From assembly GCA_038214755.1 (NCBI GenBank), contig JBBQRQ010000111.1:1-16412 (forward strand): a stretch of 16,412 nucleotides of DNA. The letters run 5' to 3'. Position numbers and translations under genes: made by a program. This DNA is from Verrucomicrobiota bacterium (GTDB lineage: Bacteria > Verrucomicrobiota > Verrucomicrobiia > Limisphaerales > CANJXF01). The notes below the pieces were generated by a model. It was not told the DNA's origin, did no database searches, and was given only the letters and a program-made list of their open reading frames with translations. Shown piece by piece: positions 7,051-16,281 of this stretch (within the stretch, counting starts at the first letter, position 1; each line of letters begins with the position of its first letter).

Positions 7051-8079
7051 CTACGGCGTAATCACCACGCGGACATCATCACTGAATTTCTCCAAACGAT
7101 CCAAGGCTTCGTTCACCGCGCTGGCTTCGAGCGGAACGGTTTTGATAATACCGTGCGAAAGATCCAGTTTCCGACTGCGCGCCAAATCCAGCAGCAAAGG
7201 AATCTCGCTCGCCAGATGATCGGAGACGCCGATGACTTCAGCTTCTTTATTTAGAATCTCAGCGTAAGGCGCGACTTCAAAAGTTTCTCTCGTCAGCCCA
7301 ACGAGCGCGGCGCGACCGAGAATCGCGAGCGACTGCACCGCTTGCTGCATCGTCAAAGGCAAACCAATTAGTTCCAGCGCAACATCCACGCCGCGCCCGC
7401 CCGTCAGTTTTTGGATTTGCTCAACGGGATTTCCAATGTTCGCGTTTACCGGAATCGCGCCGAACTTTTCCGCCAGTTCCAGTTTGCGCGGATTGACATC
7501 AACCGCGAAAACCTCTTTCGCTCCAAAAGTTTTGGCGAGTTGAATGGCCGAAATTCCCAATCCGCCAACGCCGAAGACGGCCACGGATTCTCCCGCGCGC
7601 AGACGAGCTTTGTTCAGCGCGTGGAGCGACGTGGCGGACGAGCACATCAGGATTGCGCCTTGCTCAAACGGAATTTCCTCCGGCAAATGAAACACACTGC
7701 GCTCCGGCACCGCGATAAATTCCGCGAAACCGCCATCGCGATATTTGCCGATCATTTTTCCGCTCGTGCAAAACTGTTCCGTTCCGTCATCGCAGAAACG
7801 GCAATGTCCGCAGGTGACCATGTAATGCACACAAACGCGGTCGCCCTTTTTGAAATCGCGAAACTCCGCGCCGATTTCTTCCACCACGCCCGCGACCTCG
7901 TGCCCGAGCGTCATCGGCAACGGTTCCACCGCAGAAATTCCCGCGCGATAATGCGCATCGGAATGGCAAATCCCGGCCGCCTTGACCCGAATCAAAACAT
8001 CGCGCGCGCCAATGCGCGAGACTTCGATCTCCTGCTGCGCGAGAGGAGTTTTCGTTTGGATCAGTCGAATGGCTTTCAT
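7051..8079 (-). CDS. Zinc-dependent alcohol dehydrogenase (MDR family)
   Basis: GICHSD, LGHEVAGVV, structural Zn motif CGHCRFC...C and NAD-binding GVGGLG. Confidence 0.95.
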   Translation of the reverse strand: MKAIRLIQTKTPLAQQEIEVSRIGARDVLIRVKAAGICHSDAHYRAGISAVEPLPMTLGHEVAGVVEEIGAEFRDFKKGDRVCVHYMVTCGHCRFCDDGTEQFCTSGKMIGKYRDGGFAEFIAVPERSVFHLPEEIPFEQGAILMCSSATSLHALNKARLRAGESVAVFGVGGLGISAIQLAKTFGAKEVFAVDVNPRKLELAEKFGAIPVNANIGNPVEQIQKLTGGRGVDVALELIGLPLTMQQAVQSLAILGRAALVGLTRETFEVAPYAEILNKEAEVIGVSDHLASEIPLLLDLARSRKLDLSHGIIKTVPLEASAVNEALDRLEKFSDDVRVVITP

Positions 8080-8097
8080 TCGATCGAAATGAAAACG

Positions 8098-11000
8098 TTA
8101 AGAATTCCAGAGTGTGAGGGAGCGGCGGATGATTTCGTCCAGTTCGGCTTTCGTTTCGGAATCGCCGCCGAAGGTGAAGGTGCCGGTCAAATGTTTCCAA
8201 TCCTCGAACGACAAGCCGTAAAGATCGCGGGCGATCAGGACTTCCAACTCGGCGCGTGTGGCGACGTCATTCGGTTTTTTCTGGGCTGAATCGGGAGTTT
8301 TGGTTTGGGCGTGTCTTTTGGCGGAAAAGGTCAAGAGCTTGGCGACGGCTTCAGCTAGTTTCTTTTTTTGCCCGGTGGAAATTTTCGGGATCGGGAGTTC
8401 ATACATGTAAAACATGTTGAGCGTCGCCGAAATTTTGCTGCGCAAATAAACATTCAAGACAAGCGAATTGAACAGTGCGAGCAGACTCCGCGTTTCATTC
8501 GCTTCCACTTCGACTTGTTCAAGTTCGCCTTTATCCGACAACTCGAAATCGAATGGCGTGACATAAGGCAGTTTGTTGTTCAGGCAAGCGTCAGCGGGAA
8601 TTTCGGTCGCGATAATTGTTCGCTCGTCGGTTGACCTGCCAATTTCGCGATAAGCCGTTCGAGGAAATTCATACTGAAGTTTGAACTTCTTCGCTTTGAA
8701 AATCTCGCGCAGACGCGCTTCCAATTCGTCGCGTTTTTGCGGCGTGGGTTTGCCTTCGAGTTTTTTCGGTTCGATTTCGCGAACCAGTTTGGTCAGCCGA
8801 TAAATTTCTTTTCGCAACAGTTCCTCGCGGATTTCTTTTTCAACGACGGCGAAGTTGCCGGGCGAATAATTCGCGTCGAACTGATGAATCATTTTGCCTT
8901 CGTAAAGCGGCAGTTGACCGGCGGCAGGTTTCTTATCGCCAAGCTTGCGGAAAAAATGATTGTCGTTGGTCATGTGCAACTCGGTGCTCAAGCGAAAACC
9001 AAAATCTTTAAGCAACGGATGTTCGCCGCGAATTTTCGTGCAGAGTTGGTAATCCGTTTCGGAACGAAATTCCATGATGCCGAAATTCTCTGGCGAGAAA
9101 CGGCGGATCATTTCCACGCTGTAATGAATCGGCGGCGAAAAGGCATCTTGCGGATTGTGCAAATAAAAGCGCGCATCAAACGTGTGTTTGTCGGTGGGTT
9201 TCTTGCCTTTGACCACTTTGAAGAAACTGAACTTAAAACGGCTGTCCACGTCGGGAAAGATTTGGCGGCGCAATTCCTTGCCGTTTTTTATCTCTGTGTA
9301 ACCGCGATTTTCAAACGAAGTCAGTTCTTCAAAGCAATGCTCGGTGAGCATCAGCTTGCGCAGCGGGCCGCAACCTTCATCGGTCTGCAAACCGGACGGC
9401 ACGAGCAAAGTAAGCCCGCCGCCGTGCCGAACGAGGTTGAGATTATTTTCGATGAAAAGTTTGTAGAGATTGATGTCGCCGCCGCCTTGAAACTTGAAAC
9501 GTCGGCTGAAAAATTCCGCGAGCTTTTCGTAGCCGACAACATACTCGTTCCATTGCGCGAGGAATTCCGGTTCGTCTTTTAATTTCTGCTCAAACCACGG
9601 CGTGAAATCGGTGCCGGTCATGGTATATTTGCTGAAATTTTCGTGCAGCTTGGCGACAAATTCTTTGCGCAACGGCTTAAAACCTTCCCACGGTGGATTG
9701 CCAATGACGCCGTCGAAGCCGGCCATTTCTCCGGGGAGCGCAACCGTCCCGGCTGCTGTGGCTGGCGTCGCGCCAGTTACATCGTTCGACAAAGCATCGG
9801 GCGCGATGCCGGATGCAGCACGCGGGACGCGCGCACTCCCTTTCGGTTTTCCACCTTTCGTGAACCATGCGGGGAAAAAACTCAGTGCGGCGAAAAGCGC
9901 GGGCGCGGGCAGGTTCTGGCTTTGGAAATGTTCGGTGAGATTTTCGCGGAGTTTCTTTTGCAGTTCCAGTGCTTCTTCGAGCGGCGCGTGTTCAGACGGA
10001 TTGGCAATGTATTCTTCGCGCAACGCGCAAAGCTTTTGCAATGATTTGCCGCAGACTTCGTGCAGATAACGGGCTTGGTCGCCAAGGTCGGTATCGACGA
10101 GGGAATCGGCGCAAATAAAATTCATGCGCAAGCTGGGTAAAGTCTTGCGAATGTCGCCGAGGAGTTTTCGGAAATTATAATCTTCCTTGGAAAGTTTGAC
10201 GGCTTCCTTCCAGAGATTGGTCTTGGCGACTTCGATTGCGCCCGCGTCTTTGTCCACTGCGAAGATGTGGCGGACAAGAATCTGCGCGACGAGCACGCGG
10301 CGATTGTCGAAATTCCAACGTCTGCGGAATTCAGCGGCTTGCTGGACATTGGGCGGAAGGTCGAGCAGGTCGGTGCCTTTGATTTTTTTGATCCATGCAC
10401 AAGCGTCGTCGATCTTCTGATAATGACGCCAGATGGCGCGAAGCACTTTGATGAGGAATCCGCCGCTGCCCGCCGCCGTGTCGGCAATCGTGATGCAGGT
10501 CAGTTTCTCCATCAGCGCGTCAGCGGTTTTGAAGTCGCATTTATTTTTATCAACGGCTTCGGCAATGGAGTTGAGAAGAGGAGCAACAAGAGTGTCCACG
10601 AGGCAATCGGCCATCGGGACGGTGATGCCCGCCGGAGTGTAATAAATGCCTTCGTCTTTGCGATTAGCGGCCAGAAACATTTCGTAGGATTTGCCGAAAA
10701 TGTCTTCGTTAATGAGCCGGTAATTGTAATGGACAATGCCGCGTTGGAAGGTCTGGTTCCATTTATCGAGACCGAGGACGCCTTCGAGCAAACGGGCAAA
10801 ACGTTCGTAGTTTTTGTCGGTGGCTTCGAGGTCCGCCCAGACGGGACGTTCGAAAAGTTCGGTGTCGTAATAGTCGTTGAAGAACTCTTCGAAATCGTAA
10901 AGGAATTGCTGAACGATGCGGCGAGAACCTTTGGCGAGCCAGCGTTCTTTGGCGCGTTCCCAGTCGTCTTGAAGCTGACGATATTTCACCAGGCTGTGAT

Positions 11001-11703
11001 CCTCCATCGTCTTGGCGAAAATAATTTTGTTGATGAGAAGGATAACCAGTTCGTCGTGCTCGAGTTCGTTTTTGAAGCGGATGGATTGAAAGGCCGCAAA
11101 CCATTCCTTCAGATGCTCAAAAAAAGAGCGGTCGAGGTCGGGACGCGTCTGGCGATCCTCGGCGGCGCGAAGAATGTCGTGCAAAGTGCCAATCTCCGCG
11201 CCACGCGCGATCAGTTCGGCAAAAGTGATTTTGGCGAAAGGCTGGAGATTTTGCCAAACGTCGCGCGCACTATAAAAATAGCAATCACGCAAATCGGTCA
11301 GCACGACATATTCACTGCGCTGGAGATAATTTTGAATCTGCTGAATGTGTCTCGCCGGAGTTAGGGTATCGCGACGGATTTGTTCACTGCTGTAACGATG
11401 GAAAAGCGGCTTCAACTCAATGACGATCGAGGAATCTTCCAAGGCATCCAATTTGAAATCGACAAAGCCGGAACCAACGCCGACTTGGGGAACGACAGGA
11501 ATGTTAAGGACGTCCTTAGCCAGCGCGCGAAACAAACCTTCGGCAGCTGTCTCGGGTTTCGTGCCTATTTGGAGTTCCCGCAAATAAGTATTGATTGGGG
11601 CATAAAGAGATTTGAAATCTGATTCAGGCAACAGCGCGCCGATTTCGATTTGCTCGGTTTCAGTCAGGCGAGCGAGTTCTTTTAGAATGTCGTATTGATT
11701 CAC
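8098..11703 (-). CDS. Single-polypeptide Type IIG (Eco57I-like) restriction-modification enzyme: endonuclease + amino-methyltransferase + target recognition domain
   Basis: N-terminal PD-(D/E)xK-like VDF...IVIELK and LTD, then FGKSYE and GIYYTP. Motif I DTAAGSGGFL precedes motif IV VIGNPPW (gamma order). The C-terminal region carries YEGKMIHQF and RSTDERT. GTG start. Confidence 0.9.
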   Translation of the reverse strand: MNQYDILKELARLTETEQIEIGALLPESDFKSLYAPINTYLRELQIGTKPETAAEGLFRALAKDVLNIPVVPQVGVGSGFVDFKLDALEDSSIVIELKPLFHRYSSEQIRRDTLTPARHIQQIQNYLQRSEYVVLTDLRDCYFYSARDVWQNLQPFAKITFAELIARGAEIGTLHDILRAAEDRQTRPDLDRSFFEHLKEWFAAFQSIRFKNELEHDELVILLINKIIFAKTMEDHSLVKYRQLQDDWERAKERWLAKGSRRIVQQFLYDFEEFFNDYYDTELFERPVWADLEATDKNYERFARLLEGVLGLDKWNQTFQRGIVHYNYRLINEDIFGKSYEMFLAANRKDEGIYYTPAGITVPMADCLVDTLVAPLLNSIAEAVDKNKCDFKTADALMEKLTCITIADTAAGSGGFLIKVLRAIWRHYQKIDDACAWIKKIKGTDLLDLPPNVQQAAEFRRRWNFDNRRVLVAQILVRHIFAVDKDAGAIEVAKTNLWKEAVKLSKEDYNFRKLLGDIRKTLPSLRMNFICADSLVDTDLGDQARYLHEVCGKSLQKLCALREEYIANPSEHAPLEEALELQKKLRENLTEHFQSQNLPAPALFAALSFFPAWFTKGGKPKGSARVPRAASGIAPDALSNDVTGATPATAAGTVALPGEMAGFDGVIGNPPWEGFKPLRKEFVAKLHENFSKYTMTGTDFTPWFEQKLKDEPEFLAQWNEYVVGYEKLAEFFSRRFKFQGGGDINLYKLFIENNLNLVRHGGGLTLLVPSGLQTDEGCGPLRKLMLTEHCFEELTSFENRGYTEIKNGKELRRQIFPDVDSRFKFSFFKVVKGKKPTDKHTFDARFYLHNPQDAFSPPIHYSVEMIRRFSPENFGIMEFRSETDYQLCTKIRGEHPLLKDFGFRLSTELHMTNDNHFFRKLGDKKPAAGQLPLYEGKMIHQFDANYSPGNFAVVEKEIREELLRKEIYRLTKLVREIEPKKLEGKPTPQKRDELEARLREIFKAKKFKLQYEFPRTAYREIGRSTDERTIIATEIPADACLNNKLPYVTPFDFELSDKGELEQVEVEANETRSLLALFNSLVLNVYLRSKISATLNMFYMYELPIPKISTGQKKKLAEAVAKLLTFSAKRHAQTKTPDSAQKKPNDVATRAELEVLIARDLYGLSFEDWKHLTGTFTFGGDSETKAELDEIIRRSLTLWNS
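9733..9840. repeat. REP-like palindromic element in frame within the R-M gene
   Basis: Terminal inverted arms GGGAGCGCAACCGTCCCGGCTGCTG and CAGCACGCGGGACGCGCGCACTCCC match at 19/25. Inner arms are GGCGTCGCGCC and GGCGCGATGCC. The span is exactly 36 codons. Confidence 0.8.
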
Positions 11704-11903
11704 TGCGTAAACGTTGCGAATAAATTTATCTCACGAGGCTTACGGAGTTGTCCAGCATAGCCGCGAGATTGTTACGGCGGAGTCGCGAATTCTGATTCGG
11801 CTCGACGCAAAAAAAAAATACACCCTTCTCGACTCTGTCTAGCGTTTGTCGTAGGCTAAGTCTTGAACCAAATAAAAAATCATCGCCAGCAACGTCTGCT
11901 CAA

Positions 11904-14288
11904 ATGAATAAAAAAATTCAGCGCATCATTTTGTTTGCCGGCATGAGTTGCGTTTTACTTTTCGCATCGCTCGCGCAAGCCCAACCAGATTATGCGCCCG
12001 CTAATTGGGTGCCGCTGACGTGCGGAAAATATTATAACTCCGGCAACGGCCACAATTTTTGTGTCGTTCACGACATGGAAGGTTATTACGCCTCCTCCAT
12101 TTCCTACCTGAATCGCTGCGACCTGGACAGCACGGGTAGTTACGCCGTCCAAGCCAGCGTCTATTATTGCGTCAACGGCTTGGAGGACAGCACCAGCGAC
12201 AGCACGGCGGGTGACATCACTCAGATGGTGCGCGAGTCGAAGTATGCCTGGCACGCGCGCTGTTGGAATACTTACATGTTTGGCACCGAACACGAAGGTT
12301 TCGTCAGCAATCCAGCGTGGTACACCAAAGCGATGTACATCGCGTCGTCTGGTTTGCAGCGGCATCTGTGTGACGTTTATGGAATCCCAAAAGATCGCAA
12401 CCACATCATTGGTCACGATGAAAAGAAAACTGCGTCATGGGTCAGTTGGATGGCGGCGAACTGGCCGGCGATTGACGTCACGTGTAACGACCACACCGAT
12501 CCTGGTGTTTATTGGGACTGGAATTATTTCATGGACTTGATCGTGAAAACAAATGTGTTGACCGGAACTTACTGGGATTTAAACGGGACAACAACGGGCG
12601 CAGGCTCGACGCCAAATGGTGTTTGGGACAACGCGACTACGAATTGGAGCAACTCTCCGAATGGAACCGCTCCGACGGGAATTTGGGCCGCGATTGACGA
12701 CGCCGTTTTCGCCGCAGGAAATGACGCGACCAATTCCTACACGGTGACCGTCAACGGCACGCAAAAAGTTTATAGTTTGCGCGTCCTCAACGCCAACGTG
12801 ACGTTCAACAACGGCAGCAGCGGAAAAATTCTTTTCACCGGTCTCGGTTCTTACTACAGCAACTACGTCGCGGCCGGGAAAACAGCGACCTTCAATGTGG
12901 CTTTTCAGGGCAATGGCTTCCCGGACAAGTGGGGGCCGGGCACCGCGGTTTACAATAACTCCGCCAGCGGCACGGGTTATTTTTCTTTGAACGAAGGCGC
13001 GATTGCCGTTGGAAATAATTCCGCGCTCGGCACTAATAAATTTTTGCTGGGCGAGCCGACTGGACTAAATCCCGTCACCTTTAAATCCGCCAACAGCACC
13101 GCGCGCACGATCGGCAATCGGCTCGTCTTCAACGCGAACAACATCACCTTCGACACGGGCGGCGATTTGATCTTTACCAATTCCATCGACCTCGGTAGCA
13201 GCGCTTCTGTCAACACCACTTTGACCGTGAACAATAATTCTATTTTTTCCGGCGACGTAACCAACACTTCCGGACTGATCAAAGCAGGGGCGGGCGTCCT
13301 CACTTTCAGCGGAGCGGCGGCCAATACTTTCAGCGGATCGATCACGGTGGGCAACGGCACTCTTGTTCTGCAAAAAACATTCGGCATCACCGCGATCCCA
13401 AGTGGCGGAATAATAATTACCAATGTCGGGATTGTGTCGCTTGGCGCAGCAAATCAAATCAGCGACAGTGCGCCAATGACGCTGGGCGGCGGCGTCTTCA
13501 ACACGGGGGGACTCAGCGAACAACTCGGCACGTTGAAGCTGGGGGTCAATTCTCGAATCGATCTTGGCAGTGGTGGAACCATTCTGAAATATGCGGCGAG
13601 CAGCGCGGTGGCGTGGACGGCGGGAGCGACGCTAACGATTAGTAATTGGAGCGGCTCAATCAATGGCACTGGTGCCGAACAACTTTTTTTCGGAAACAAC
13701 AGTGGCGGCCTCAGCGCGGGGCAAGTGAACCAAATTAAATTTGTCAATCCGGCTGGGTTCGCGGCGGGAATTTATCCGGCAAAAATTTTATCCACCGGTG
13801 AAGTCGTGCCGCTCGCCGTGCCGCCTTCATTTACCGCGCAGCCGTTGAGCCAAAATATTATTGCTGGATCCAATGTGACATTCACCGCTGCGACAGCGGG
13901 AACAAGCAACCTGGTTTATCAATGGCGTTTCAACACGACGAACATTTTTCTTGCGACCAACTCTTCGCTCACGTTGAGCAATGTGACTTCAGATAAAGCC
14001 GGTAATTATTTAGTCGTGGTCACGAACATCGCGGGATCAATCACCAGCACCAATGCGGTCCTGGCCATTTACGATTCCGCTGCTGCCACGCTGAATTCTT
14101 TTGACTTCACCGGCGGCGCATTCACTTTCAATATCTCCGGCGTGCCGGGATACAATTACGTCATCCAAACTTCGACTAATCTTCTCGGTTGGGATCCCAT
14201 TTGGACAAACGTCTCGCCGTTTTCTTTTATCGAAACTAATTCTGTCGAGTATCCCTCCCGCTTCTTTCGCGCGGTTTATCAACCTTGA
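11904..14288 (+). CDS. Secreted N-acetylmuramoyl-L-alanine amidase (Amidase_2) with autotransporter-associated beta-strand repeats, an Ig-like domain and a C-terminal putative sorting domain
   Basis: Sec signal ending AQA-Q. Amidase motifs VVHDMEG, AWHA, GTEHEG, IIGH and HTDPG..WDW. Repeat GLIKAGAGVLTFSG..NTFSGSITVGNGTLVL. Ig domain PPSFTAQP...YQWRFN...AGNYLVVVTN. Ends STNL..W...RFFRAV. Confidence 0.88.
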   Translation: MNKKIQRIILFAGMSCVLLFASLAQAQPDYAPANWVPLTCGKYYNSGNGHNFCVVHDMEGYYASSISYLNRCDLDSTGSYAVQASVYYCVNGLEDSTSDSTAGDITQMVRESKYAWHARCWNTYMFGTEHEGFVSNPAWYTKAMYIASSGLQRHLCDVYGIPKDRNHIIGHDEKKTASWVSWMAANWPAIDVTCNDHTDPGVYWDWNYFMDLIVKTNVLTGTYWDLNGTTTGAGSTPNGVWDNATTNWSNSPNGTAPTGIWAAIDDAVFAAGNDATNSYTVTVNGTQKVYSLRVLNANVTFNNGSSGKILFTGLGSYYSNYVAAGKTATFNVAFQGNGFPDKWGPGTAVYNNSASGTGYFSLNEGAIAVGNNSALGTNKFLLGEPTGLNPVTFKSANSTARTIGNRLVFNANNITFDTGGDLIFTNSIDLGSSASVNTTLTVNNNSIFSGDVTNTSGLIKAGAGVLTFSGAAANTFSGSITVGNGTLVLQKTFGITAIPSGGIIITNVGIVSLGAANQISDSAPMTLGGGVFNTGGLSEQLGTLKLGVNSRIDLGSGGTILKYAASSAVAWTAGATLTISNWSGSINGTGAEQLFFGNNSGGLSAGQVNQIKFVNPAGFAAGIYPAKILSTGEVVPLAVPPSFTAQPLSQNIIAGSNVTFTAATAGTSNLVYQWRFNTTNIFLATNSSLTLSNVTSDKAGNYLVVVTNIAGSITSTNAVLAIYDSAAATLNSFDFTGGAFTFNISGVPGYNYVIQTSTNLLGWDPIWTNVSPFSFIETNSVEYPSRFFRAVYQP

Positions 14289-14296
14289 TTCCAGCG

Positions 14297-16249
14297 ATGA
14301 ATCGCCGAAAATTTTTTACGCTGGCCGGCGGGTTGACCACTTATTCTGTTCTCGCGCGCGTGAGTGATTTATCCGCCGCTCATCCTCCCAGCCGGGAGGA
14401 AATCACCAAAGCCTTCGAGCAAATCGCGCCAGAAAATGGCAAACCAACTTTCACCGTCGAACCTCACATGGCGCTCGTGGATTTGCGATGCGATGTGCTG
14501 GTCGCGGGCGGCGGCATTGCGGGGGTGTGCGCAGCGGTGGCGGCGGCGCGTCATGGCGCGAAAGTGATTCTCTGCCAGGACCGCTCACGGCTCGGCGGCA
14601 ATTCTTCGAGTGAAGTGAAAATGCACATTGTTGGCGCGGACCATTCCGGCAATCGCCCCGGCTGGCGCGAAGGGGGATTGATCGAGGAATTTCGCCTCGA
14701 CGACGCCGTCAACAATCCGCATCGGAGTTGGGAGCTTTGGGATTTGTTGCTCTACGACAAATGCAAAAGCGAACCGAACATCACGCTGCTGCTCGATAGC
14801 CCGTTGTTCGCCGCTGAAACCAAGGACGGAAAAATTCAGCGCGTCATGGTGCGTTGCGACAAGACCGAACATCTCTATCGCATCACCGCGAAAATTTTCA
14901 TCGATGCGACGGGCGACAGTCGTCTCGCGCTGGAAGCCGGCGCGGAATTTCGTTTTGGCCGCGAAGCGCGCAGCGAGTTCAACGAATCGCTCGGCCTCGA
15001 AAAGGAAGACCGGCAAACGCTCGGCTCGAGCATTCTTTTCACCGCGCGCGATTTTGGAAAACCGATTCCTTTCATGCCGCCGAAATGGGCGCGCAAAGTC
15101 ACGAAAGAACAATTGCAATTTCGCTCCGTCAATTCCTGGGAATACGGTTACTGGTGGATCGAGTGGGGCGGGCAGCTCGACACCATCCGCGACAACGAAC
15201 GTATTCGGTTCGAGCTGTTGTCTATCGTGATGGGCGTCTGGGATTACATCAAAAATTCCGGCGACAAACCGGCCAGCGCGAATTGGGGCATGGATTGGAT
15301 CGGAATGATTCCCGGCAAACGCGAAGCCCGCCGCGTCATGGGCGATCACATTTTGACGCAAAACGATTTGCTGGGTTTGAACGGCGATTTTGAAGACGCC
15401 ATCGCGATTGGCGGCTGGCCGATGGACGATCATCCGCCGAGCGGTTTTGACATGCACGAGAAGAAACCTTTGCTCCAAATCAAAACGCCGGAAGTTTACA
15501 ACATCCCGCTTCGCTCGCTTTACAGCAAAGACATCCGCAACCTCCTGCTGGCCGGGCGCAACATCAGCGCGTCGCACGTCGCGTTCACGTCGTCGCGCGT
15601 CATGGCGACATGCAGCGTCATCGGGCAGGCGTCGGGAACGGCGGCGGCGCTGGCGATTCGCCACAAAATTTTGCCGCGCGAATTGTATCGCGACAAAACG
15701 AAACTCAGCGAATTGCAGCAGACGTTGTTGCGCGACGATCAAACGATTAAAAATCGCCGCAACGTGGACGAAAAAGATTTGGCGCGACAAGCCAGCGTCA
15801 CGGCGTCAGCGGAAGATTCTGGTTCGAGCGCGAAAAATATTATCAATGGCCTCACGCGCGATGGGCCGGGAAAATTTGAAAATTGTTGGGTCGCGAAACT
15901 CGGCAGCGATGGCGCGTGGCTGGAATTGAGTTGGAACGAACCACAAAAACTCAGCCGCGTGCAAATCACATTCGACACCGGATTTCAACGCCCGTTGACG
16001 CTGACTTCGCAAGACAGTTTCAACAAAAAGTGCATCCGCGCGCCGCAACCGGAAACGGTGAAAGATTACGAACTCATTGCGACCGACTCCGCCGGAAAAC
16101 AAATTTCACTCGCGAAAGTTACCGGCAATTATCAGCGGTTGAACCGCCACGAATTTCCAGCGCTTGAAGCAAAATCCATTCGGATCAAAGTCACTGCGAC
16201 CAACGGCATCGAGGAAGCGCGGGTTTATGAAGTGCGGTGTTACGCCTAA
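14297..16249 (+). CDS. Tat-exported FAD-dependent oxidoreductase with a C-terminal discoidin/F5-8-like beta-sandwich
   Basis: Twin-arginine signal MNRRKFF, then VAGGGIAG, FIDATGD, GKREARRVMG, YNIPLRSL and AGRNISASH. The C-terminus has ASAE...A.NIING...W...WLEL.W...IRIKV...ARVYEV. Confidence 0.92.
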   Translation: MNRRKFFTLAGGLTTYSVLARVSDLSAAHPPSREEITKAFEQIAPENGKPTFTVEPHMALVDLRCDVLVAGGGIAGVCAAVAAARHGAKVILCQDRSRLGGNSSSEVKMHIVGADHSGNRPGWREGGLIEEFRLDDAVNNPHRSWELWDLLLYDKCKSEPNITLLLDSPLFAAETKDGKIQRVMVRCDKTEHLYRITAKIFIDATGDSRLALEAGAEFRFGREARSEFNESLGLEKEDRQTLGSSILFTARDFGKPIPFMPPKWARKVTKEQLQFRSVNSWEYGYWWIEWGGQLDTIRDNERIRFELLSIVMGVWDYIKNSGDKPASANWGMDWIGMIPGKREARRVMGDHILTQNDLLGLNGDFEDAIAIGGWPMDDHPPSGFDMHEKKPLLQIKTPEVYNIPLRSLYSKDIRNLLLAGRNISASHVAFTSSRVMATCSVIGQASGTAAALAIRHKILPRELYRDKTKLSELQQTLLRDDQTIKNRRNVDEKDLARQASVTASAEDSGSSAKNIINGLTRDGPGKFENCWVAKLGSDGAWLELSWNEPQKLSRVQITFDTGFQRPLTLTSQDSFNKKCIRAPQPETVKDYELIATDSAGKQISLAKVTGNYQRLNRHEFPALEAKSIRIKVTATNGIEEARVYEVRCYA

Positions 16250-16281
16250 GCCGGAACGATTCAGTTCAGACCAACGCTCGA

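Noticed and set aside
6935..7219. 94-aa ORF starting in the relic
   Set aside because: It arises from the frameshifted relic and runs antisense into ADH.
7411..8289. 292-aa plus-strand ORF
   Set aside because: Antisense to the well-supported ADH and to the R-M 3' end.
8280..8335. Possible second insertion near the R-M C-terminus (TFSAKRHAQTKTPDSAQ)
   Set aside because: No palindrome or duplication is visible, so it cannot be supported without an alignment.
10267..11364. 365-aa plus-strand ORF (also 8737..9582)
   Set aside because: Antisense shadow of the R-M gene with no recognisable motifs.
11777..11818. Hairpin plus A-tract as an intrinsic terminator
   Set aside because: The stem is weak, the tract is on the wrong side for either strand, and the flanking genes are divergent.
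14585..15790. 401-aa minus-strand ORF
   Set aside because: Antisense shadow of the FAD oxidoreductase.
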